A stretch of DNA of 49,792 nucleotides from Candidatus Saccharimonadia bacterium. Its GTDB lineage: Bacteria; Patescibacteriota; SICC01. Of the stretch, positions 16,684 through 23,600 are shown piece by piece. Where the stretch lies: the NCBI GenBank assembly GCA_025449535.1, contig JANWJF010000001.1, positions 369,344 through 419,135 of the forward strand, given 5' to 3'. The notes under the pieces are model-generated. The model was given only the letters and a program-made list of their open reading frames with translations, searched no databases and was not told the DNA's origin. The first letter of the stretch is position 1, and every line of letters begins with the position of its first letter. Both the position numbers and the translations under genes were made by a program.

Positions 16684-19512
16684 CTACGCCAATGGGCGCA
16701 GCTCGCCCCAGCTGGGGCCCGCCTTGGCCTCGACTTCGATCGGGACGTCCAAAGGATAGGCCTCGCGCATCGTCTTCACCACGAATTCGGTAACCTTGGG
16801 TACGTCCTTGGTCGGCGCCTCGAGCACCAGCTCGTCATGGACGGTCAACAGCAGGTTCGCGTCCTTTGAGACCTTCGCCAGTCCGGCATCGACTTGGATC
16901 ATCGCCAGCTTGAGGATGTCCGCTTGGGTGCCCTGGACCGGCATGTTGATCGCCATGCGCTTGGCCGCCTCGCGGATCGGGTGCGAGCTGGAATTGATCT
17001 CGGGGATGTAACGGCGACGGCTGAACAGCGTCTCCACGTATCCGTCCGTCCGGACCTTGGCGATCATCGCGTCGATGTACTCCCGAAGCTTCGGGTACGT
17101 CCGGAAGTACTGGTCGATGTACTCCTGGGCCTCCGACACCGACATACCGGTGCTCTTGGCGACGCCGTGCGGCGTGGCGCCGTAGAGGATCGAGAAGTTC
17201 ACCGCCTTGGCGGCGTAACGCTGTTCCGGCTTCACCTCGGACTCGAGGATGCCTGCGACCGCGGCGGCAGTCGCGGTATGGATGTCCTTGCCTTCGCGGA
17301 ACTGCTCGGCCAGCTTCGGGTCCCCGGAGATATGCGCGGCGATCCGCAGCTCGAACTGCGAGTAGTCGGCCGAGATCAGCCGGCAGCCACGATTCGCGAC
17401 GAACGCCTTCCGGATCTCGCGGCCTGTCTTCGTCCGGACGGGGATGTTCTGGAGGTTCGGGTCGGAAGAGCTGAGCCGGCCGGTGGCGGCGACGGTTTGG
17501 TTGAAGGACGTGTGCAGCCGCCCGGTATCCTTGCGGACCAGGTTCGGCAACGCGTCCAGGTACGTGCCCTTGAGCTTGGACAGTTCGCGGTGCTCGAGGA
17601 TCAGCGGCACGATCGGGTGGGCATCCCGCAGCTTCTCGAGCTTACCGGCGGCGGTCGAGACGTGGCTGCCGCTTTGCGTCCGGGTGCCCGTGCCGACCTT
17701 CAGCTCTTCGAACAGCACCGCGGACAGCTGTCGGGGCGAAGCCAGGTTGAACTCGTGACCTGCCAGCTTGCAGACCTTCTGTTCGATCCTGTCCAGACGC
17801 TTTCCGAACTCCGCGGACATCTTCCCAAGGAACTTCACATCGATCCTCACGCCTCGCTGCTCCATCCGGCCGAGCACCGGCACCAGCGGCAGCTCCAGGT
17901 CGTCCTGTATCGCGCTCAGTCCCTGCTGCTTCAGCTGGCCGTTGAACTTCTCATACAACTGCCAGGTGACGTCCGCGTCCTCGGCGGCGTAGTCACCGAG
18001 CGCCTTGACGGCGACTTCGGAGACCGGCTTCTGGCCCTTGTCCAGGCCGGCTTCGGAGGTCCGCTTCGGCTTTCCCTTGCCAATCAACTCGGAGATCGGC
18101 TGCATCTCGTAACCGAGTTCCTGGTAGGCCAGCTTGTCGAGCGCCAGCGTGCGAGCACCGGGGTTGAGCAGGTAACTCCCGAGCATCGTGTCGAACGCGA
18201 GACCGCCTAGCTCGACCCCGCTGCCGCGCATCACTTCGTAGTCGTACTTAAGGTGGTGCCCGACGATCCCCGGCTCGGGCTTGGTCAGCAGCGGCTTCAG
18301 CGCGGCCAAGGTCTTCCCCCGCGGCAGGTTGGGGCCGTCCGCATGTCCGACCGGCAGATACCAGCCGCTGTCCGCGCGCCAGGAGAAGGACATACCCACC
18401 AGGACGGGCCGGATCGCGTCCAACGTGTCCGTCTCGGTGTCGAACGCGAAGACCGGCTGCTCCTTCAGCTCGGTCAGGAACTCCTTGAATTCCGCATCCG
18501 TCTTCACGATCCGGTAGTCGGACTTCGAGAAGTCGCGCGACGCGAGCTCGGGAGCCGCCGGGGCAGCCGGGGATCCTTCTGCCTCGCCGTCCACGCGCTG
18601 TCCCTCGACCGACATCGCCTCCTTCATCCGCGGCACCAAGGAGCTGAACTCCAGCTCCTTGAAGAGGGCAAGCGCCTTCTCCGCGTCGAAGTCGTGGATC
18701 GTGCAGTCCTTCAGGTTGAACTTGAGCTTCAGGTCGATGACGATCCGAGAGAGGTCACGCGAGAGGAACGCCTGCTCCTTGAACTCCGACAGGTTCGCGC
18801 GGACCTTCGGTTTGATGTCAGGATGTTTCGCCGGGTTCTCGTCGAGGATTTTATAGAGTCCCTCTAGATCTTTGTACTTTTGAGTCAGGACAGTCGCCGT
18901 CTTGTCGCCGATGCCGGGCACTCCCGGGATATTGTCGGACGGATCGCCCTTGAGCGCCTTGTACTCGACGAACTCTTCCGGCGTCAGGCCGGTCTCCTCC
19001 TTGAGCCGGGCCAGATCGTAGATGACCGTGTCCTTGATGCCCTTCCGTAGCGTGAAGATCCTCACCCGGTCGTCGACCAACTGGAGCGTGTCCTTGTCCC
19101 CGGTGACGACGTACGCGTCGAGGTCATGCTTCTTGCTGAACTGCTTGGCCAGCGAGCCGAGCACGTCGTCCGCCTCGTAGCCGGCCTGCTCGAAGATCGG
19201 CATCCCGAGCGCCTCGACGACCTCGCGCACCCGTCCGAACTGGGACCGCAACTCGTCCGGCGCCTTCTGTCGGGTCGCCTTGTACGCGTCGTACCGCTCG
19301 TGACGGAACGTCGGCTCCGGCAGGTCGAAGCTGACCGCCACGTATTCCGGTTTCAGCTCCTTCAGCACGGAGAGGACCGTCGCCGTGAACCCGAATACCG
19401 CGTTGGTGAGTTCGCCGTCCCGCTTGGCGAGGAACGGAATCGCATGGAACGCCCGGTGGATCAGGGCGTGAGCGTCGATCAGAACGAGCTTGGGACGGGC
19501 TTTGGCGGCCAT
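16684..19512 (-). CDS. polA: DNA polymerase I (5-prime nuclease, 3-prime-5-prime exonuclease-like and polymerase domains)
   Basis: 942 aa. LIDAHALIHRAFHA marks the 5-prime nuclease domain. Polymerase motifs A (LISADYSQFELRIAAH), B (RYAAKAVNFSILYG) and C (LLTVHDELVLE) are present. Confidence 0.97.
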   Translation of the reverse strand: MAAKARPKLVLIDAHALIHRAFHAIPFLAKRDGELTNAVFGFTATVLSVLKELKPEYVAVSFDLPEPTFRHERYDAYKATRQKAPDELRSQFGRVREVVEALGMPIFEQAGYEADDVLGSLAKQFSKKHDLDAYVVTGDKDTLQLVDDRVRIFTLRKGIKDTVIYDLARLKEETGLTPEEFVEYKALKGDPSDNIPGVPGIGDKTATVLTQKYKDLEGLYKILDENPAKHPDIKPKVRANLSEFKEQAFLSRDLSRIVIDLKLKFNLKDCTIHDFDAEKALALFKELEFSSLVPRMKEAMSVEGQRVDGEAEGSPAAPAAPELASRDFSKSDYRIVKTDAEFKEFLTELKEQPVFAFDTETDTLDAIRPVLVGMSFSWRADSGWYLPVGHADGPNLPRGKTLAALKPLLTKPEPGIVGHHLKYDYEVMRGSGVELGGLAFDTMLGSYLLNPGARTLALDKLAYQELGYEMQPISELIGKGKPKRTSEAGLDKGQKPVSEVAVKALGDYAAEDADVTWQLYEKFNGQLKQQGLSAIQDDLELPLVPVLGRMEQRGVRIDVKFLGKMSAEFGKRLDRIEQKVCKLAGHEFNLASPRQLSAVLFEELKVGTGTRTQSGSHVSTAAGKLEKLRDAHPIVPLILEHRELSKLKGTYLDALPNLVRKDTGRLHTSFNQTVAATGRLSSSDPNLQNIPVRTKTGREIRKAFVANRGCRLISADYSQFELRIAAHISGDPKLAEQFREGKDIHTATAAAVAGILESEVKPEQRYAAKAVNFSILYGATPHGVAKSTGMSVSEAQEYIDQYFRTYPKLREYIDAMIAKVRTDGYVETLFSRRRYIPEINSSSHPIREAAKRMAINMPVQGTQADILKLAMIQVDAGLAKVSKDANLLLTVHDELVLEAPTKDVPKVTEFVVKTMREAYPLDVPIEVEAKAGPSWGELRPLA

Positions 19513-19529
19513 GCCCCTATTGTCCCACG

Positions 19530-20861
19530 CTACTTCTTACGTACCAGCTTCTTCCATTCCTCGGCCGCGATCTCCGGCTCGTTCCACGGCTGGTTGCCGG
19601 AGCCATAGCGCATCACCAGCTGGGCGCCCTTGCCGAGGAGCGCCACGGTGTCGCCTCTCTTCGCGTGCCGGTACGCCAGGCTGATCGCCTTGCGGCGGTC
19701 CATCTCGATCTCGTATTGCTTGATACCTTTCTTCGCGCGCTTGATACCTTTGACCAACAGCGCGGTGAGTTCGTCCGGGTCGTCAGTACCGGGATCGTCC
19801 TCCGTCAGAATCATCAGGTCGGCGTACTCCGCATTCACCTCGCCGATCGGCGGGTACTTGCTCATGTCCCGGTTACCGTATGCGCCGAACACGGTGATCA
19901 GCCGTCCCTTCGTCATTTCACGAAGTGATTCCAACACGATGCGGTACGAGTCCGGCGTAGTGGCGAAGTCGACGATGATCTCGAACGGCTGACCGGCTTC
20001 CACCCGCTCCATCCGCCCCGGGACGACCTTCACCGCGTCCACGCCGGCGGCAATCGCCTTCGGCTGCACGCCGTACGCCAAGCCGACGGAGGCCGCGCCC
20101 AGTACGTTCGACACGTTGAACGTCCCGGGCAAGTGCGTCCTAAGCTTGAGTGGCTCGTCGTTCCGGGCCGTGAACGCCGTGCCGTCCGGCCGCGGCTGCA
20201 CGTCCTCCGCCACCACCGTCCGGGCCAGCGGGTGGGCGTCGCGGACCTCCGACTTCGTACCGTAGACATACTTAGTGTCCGCGAAGAACTCCAGGAAGTA
20301 CGGCGCCTCCTTGTCGTCGCCGTTCACGATCGACGTACTGTGCTCCGCCCGGCGCAGCCTGGCGAAGAGCTTGCCCTTGGCGTTCCGGTACTCCGTCATG
20401 CTGTTCCCATGCAGCTCCATATGTTCCTTGCTGAGGTTCGTGAAGACGGCCGTCTCGAACGGGATGCCCCAGACCCGGAACTGGTTGAGTGCCTGCGAGG
20501 TCACCTCGATGACCACATGGGTACAACCGGCGTCCACCATGCGGCGGAGCAGCTTCGGATTGGCAAGTCTCCCGAGGGTGGTCAGACTGGTCTTGTTACG
20601 GGTCTCTTCGTCTCCGACCTTCATCACGACTCCCGAGATCAGCCCTACCTTGTGGCCGCCCGCCTCCAGTACCTTCGCGGCCAAGTACGACGTGGTCGAC
20701 TTTCCCTTGGTGCCGGTGATGCCGATTACCTTGAGGTTACGGCCGGGAAACCGGTAGATCAGGTTACCGAGCAGTGCCCATCCGAAGTGGTACGGCACCC
20801 GGACCGCACCCAGGACCGGGTCGGGAATCGCTTTGCGGATCGGCGCGAGGATTCTCTCCAT
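19530..20861 (-). CDS. murE: Mur ligase family, MurE-like UDP-MurNAc-L-Ala-D-Glu:diamino-acid ligase (short N-terminus; no DNPR Arg)
   Basis: GITGTKGKSTT is the P-loop. EVTSQALNQFRVWG, VFTNLSKEHMELHG and NAKGKLFA are also present. The C-terminal block reads LTEDDPGTDDP where DAP-type MurE has DDNPRxE. Confidence 0.8.
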   Translation of the reverse strand: MERILAPIRKAIPDPVLGAVRVPYHFGWALLGNLIYRFPGRNLKVIGITGTKGKSTTSYLAAKVLEAGGHKVGLISGVVMKVGDEETRNKTSLTTLGRLANPKLLRRMVDAGCTHVVIEVTSQALNQFRVWGIPFETAVFTNLSKEHMELHGNSMTEYRNAKGKLFARLRRAEHSTSIVNGDDKEAPYFLEFFADTKYVYGTKSEVRDAHPLARTVVAEDVQPRPDGTAFTARNDEPLKLRTHLPGTFNVSNVLGAASVGLAYGVQPKAIAAGVDAVKVVPGRMERVEAGQPFEIIVDFATTPDSYRIVLESLREMTKGRLITVFGAYGNRDMSKYPPIGEVNAEYADLMILTEDDPGTDDPDELTALLVKGIKRAKKGIKQYEIEMDRRKAISLAYRHAKRGDTVALLGKGAQLVMRYGSGNQPWNEPEIAAEEWKKLVRKK

Positions 20862-20865
20862 GCGG

Positions 20866-21432
20866 TCATTCTACCGGGTATTCGAAGTGCCAGAACTCAC
20901 GCTTCACGCCGAGCTTGAATCCGACGGACAGCATCACTTCTATCAGCAAATCCTGTAAACGCTCGTATTCCCGACTGACCGGATCTTGCTTGCCTTTATA
21001 AAATCCGATCGTCTGCGCGCCTTCGTCATCGTGCTTCGGGTTTCGCATCTTCACCTGCTCGCCGGTTTCTGGATCTACCAGATTCACATCGACCACTAAC
21101 CCGGACATGTGCGGCCTGTCCCTCATGTTGTAGAGTCGGTCGGTAGCAGCTTGGCCGTATACGGCGTGGCGCCTACGGTACGCCAGCTCATACAGCTCCG
21201 GAGAACGGTAGGCGTCCTTCACGATCAGCTCGTACCCATGCTCGCGGAACTTCGCGTCCGCTTCCTTGAGCGGCCCGATCACCTCCGGCCGGATGAAGAG
21301 ATCGTCGCCTTCGATCCCGACTTCCCGCAGCTCGTCCTCGCTCATCTTGAGCTCGTGCCGAAAGTGCCAATAGTAGTTCCAGACGCGGAGTCCGGAACCC
21401 CTGAGGCTGACCAGCTTCGGCGGTGTCGCCAT
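20866..21432 (-). CDS. M15-family D-Ala-D-Ala dipeptidase/carboxypeptidase (VanX/DdpX-like)
   Basis: 188 aa. HMSGLVVDVNL (His/Asp zinc ligands) and EFWHFEY (the E-x-W-H motif) match VanX-type signatures. Confidence 0.75.
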   Translation of the reverse strand: MATPPKLVSLRGSGLRVWNYYWHFRHELKMSEDELREVGIEGDDLFIRPEVIGPLKEADAKFREHGYELIVKDAYRSPELYELAYRRRHAVYGQAATDRLYNMRDRPHMSGLVVDVNLVDPETGEQVKMRNPKHDDEGAQTIGFYKGKQDPVSREYERLQDLLIEVMLSVGFKLGVKREFWHFEYPVE

Positions 21433-21448
21433 GCCGCTATTCTAACCC

Positions 21449-22498
21449 TTACCGGCCGGAGCGCTTCGCCAGCTTCCGCCGGACGCGGTCGGCGTTCGTG
21501 AACAGGAAGTATTCCACCGGCCGGAACACGTAGTCCCGCGCGCCAACCAGGTTCGTCTGGCCCCCGCCGAACTTCAGCTTGAATTGGCGGAGTCCCGCCC
21601 ACGCGTCGTTCTGGTCGTCCGTCGACGCGATGCCGGTCATGTTATAGAACGTACAGCCGCGTCGACGAGCCTCTTCCATGCCGGACCACTGGATCAGGTA
21701 ACTGGCGTAGAGATTCCGGTCGGCCTGCGTGGACCCGCCATAGAGGTAGACCGCCTCATCACCGAAGAACGTCACCAGGGTCGCGGCCACCGGCTCGTTG
21801 TTGTGCGAGGCGATAAAGAACGTCGCGTCGTCGTGTTCCTGCATCAGGTACTTACGGAACAGCTCGTAGTACCACTTCTCACGATAAGTGATCCCTTGCC
21901 GCTTGGCCGTCTCTTCGAGGAGCATATAGAACTGGTCCAGTTCCTTCTGGCCGGTACCCTTGCGGACCTTCACGCCGTGCTTCACCGCCTTACGGACGTT
22001 GTAGCGGCCCTTCTGCTTGAAGCTCACGAAGATATCCTCGGGATCCGGCCGAAGGTCGACCTCGCTGACCACCGCGGCCTGGACGTCCTCGGGACTGTCC
22101 CGGAAGCCGGCTTCCGCCAACCAGTCCGTCGGGAACTCCTCCACCGCGAAGTGCGGATCGACCTTCACGAAGACCGTCTTGTCCTCGTGCGCCCGCTCTT
22201 CCAAGTGCGCGACGAACTCCTTGAGCGCTTCCCGGTTCTTGGCATCCTTCCAATCGCCGTCCTTCACGACCGGTCCTTCCGGCACGTAGTAGAAGCCGTA
22301 GCCGCCGGGCAGGGCCTTCCGCATCACCACGGCCTGGAGCCGGGTCTGCTTGCCGTCGCGGATACCGACGTAACTGACGTCCCATTCCATCTCCTGACGG
22401 AACCGGCCCCACTCGTAACTTTGCAGCACGCCGCCGCGATTCTCGCGCGCGAACTTGTTCCACGCCCCCTTGGCCCGGCTGAGGTCTTCTACCTGCAT
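21449..22498 (-). CDS. FemAB-family peptidoglycan interpeptide-bridge aminoacyltransferase (FemX/MurM-like)
   Basis: 349 aa. VLQSYEWGRF, KGRYNVRKAVK, YLYGGS and LRQFKLKFGG are typical FemAB-family blocks. Confidence 0.88.
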   Translation of the reverse strand: MQVEDLSRAKGAWNKFARENRGGVLQSYEWGRFRQEMEWDVSYVGIRDGKQTRLQAVVMRKALPGGYGFYYVPEGPVVKDGDWKDAKNREALKEFVAHLEERAHEDKTVFVKVDPHFAVEEFPTDWLAEAGFRDSPEDVQAAVVSEVDLRPDPEDIFVSFKQKGRYNVRKAVKHGVKVRKGTGQKELDQFYMLLEETAKRQGITYREKWYYELFRKYLMQEHDDATFFIASHNNEPVAATLVTFFGDEAVYLYGGSTQADRNLYASYLIQWSGMEEARRRGCTFYNMTGIASTDDQNDAWAGLRQFKLKFGGGQTNLVGARDYVFRPVEYFLFTNADRVRRKLAKRSGR

Positions 22499-22506
22499 AC
22501 CGTACT

Positions 22507-22526
22507 AGGATAGCAGCCGCTATCCT
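22507..22526. promoter_or_regulatory. Perfect 8-bp-arm palindrome AGGATAGC-agcc-GCTATCCT in the 34-nt femX/tsaD divergent gap; it presents TATCCT on both strands
   Basis: Read directly from the sequence. TATCCT at 22521-22526 lies 6 nt before the tsaD GTG. Its reverse complement at 22507-22512 lies 8 nt before the femX ATG. Confidence 0.45.
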
Positions 22527-22532
22527 GATGGG

Positions 22533-23600
22533 GTGGATATCCTCGCCATCGAGACCTCCTGCGACGAAACCGCGGCCGCGGTGGTAACGGACGGCCACGA
22601 CGTCCGGTCCAACGTCGTCAGCTCGCAGATCGACGTGCACCGGGTCACCGGCGGCGTGGTGCCGGAAGTCGCCGCCCGGCTGCAGCTGGAGACGATTGTC
22701 CCGGTCGTCGAGAAGGCGCTGGCGGACGCCCAGGCGGACTGGACCTCGATCGACGCGATCGCGGTCACCGCAGGTCCCGGGTTGGTCGGCTCGTTGATCG
22801 TCGGCCTGGAGACGGCCAAGGCGCTGGCGCTCGCCAAGGACAAACCCCTGATCCCCGTGAACCACCTGGCCGGACACCTCTACGCGTGTCTGCTTCCCCG
22901 TCATTCCCGCGAAGGCGGGAATCGGTCACGGGCGGCAACTGATCCTCGGGTCAAGCCCGAGGACGACGGTTTTTCGTTCCCGTACCTCGGCATGGTCGTG
23001 TCCGGCGGCCACACCGAGTTCGTGCTGATGCGCGGCCATCATGACTTCGAACTCGTCGGCTCGACCCGCGACGACGCGGCCGGCGAGGCGTTCGACAAGG
23101 TCGGCAAGCTGCTCGGCCTGCCATACCCGGCCGGTCCGGAGATCTCTAAGCTGGCGGAACGCGGCGATCCGAAGGCGTACGCCTTCCCCCGGGCGATGCT
23201 CGACCAGGACAATTTCGATGTCTCGTTCTCCGGCCTGAAGACGGCGGTCCGCCAGACGGTCGAAGGCAAGGAACTCTCGAAGCAGGGGCTCGCGGACGTC
23301 TGCGCGTCCTTCGAGGCCGCGGTCGTAGACGCGCTCGTCACCAAGGCCGTCCGGGCGGTCCGGGCGACCAAGCCGGCGGCCGTCCTGCTCGGCGGCGGGG
23401 TCGCGGCCAACCGACGGCTCCGCGAATCACTTACGGCGAAGCTGGACGTGCCGGCCCTTCTGACCCCGCCCGAGTTCGCCACCGACAACGCCGCGATGAT
23501 CGGCATCGCGGCCTACTGGATGCGGGACGGGGCGCTCAGCGGCGACGCGCGGTTCGCCGTTCCCGCCGACCCGTCGCTCGGCCTTTCAGCCACGCGGTGA
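22533..23600 (+). CDS. tsaD: tRNA N6-adenosine threonylcarbamoyltransferase TsaD, carrying a ~21-27 aa in-frame insertion
   Basis: ILAIETSCDETAAAVV, GPGLVGSLIVG, VNHLAGHL, VSGGHT and GGGVAAN are canonical TsaD blocks. GTG start. The insertion PRHSREGGNRSRAATDPRVKPEDDGFS lies between GHLYACLL and FPYLGMVVSGGHT. Confidence 0.93.
   Translation: MDILAIETSCDETAAAVVTDGHDVRSNVVSSQIDVHRVTGGVVPEVAARLQLETIVPVVEKALADAQADWTSIDAIAVTAGPGLVGSLIVGLETAKALALAKDKPLIPVNHLAGHLYACLLPRHSREGGNRSRAATDPRVKPEDDGFSFPYLGMVVSGGHTEFVLMRGHHDFELVGSTRDDAAGEAFDKVGKLLGLPYPAGPEISKLAERGDPKAYAFPRAMLDQDNFDVSFSGLKTAVRQTVEGKELSKQGLADVCASFEAAVVDALVTKAVRAVRATKPAAVLLGGGVAANRRLRESLTAKLDVPALLTPPEFATDNAAMIGIAAYWMRDGALSGDARFAVPADPSLGLSATR
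22903..22963 (+). repeat. Double-palindrome mini-element embedded in frame in tsaD
   Basis: Hairpin 1 is ATTCCCGC-gaag-GCGGGAAT (22903-22922). Hairpin 2 is TCCTCGGG-tcaag-CCCGAGGA (22943-22963). Both were read directly from the sequence. Confidence 0.7.

Noticed and set aside
14590-19512. DnaA boxes (TTATCCACA-like 9-mers) near the triple DnaA-domain-IV-like gene or polA, which would suggest an origin
   Set aside because: Scanning by eye, I found no convincing TTATCCACA/TGTGGATAA matches. The only gtggata strings are in the D-arms of the tRNA-Arg genes and at the tsaD start. No origin call is made.
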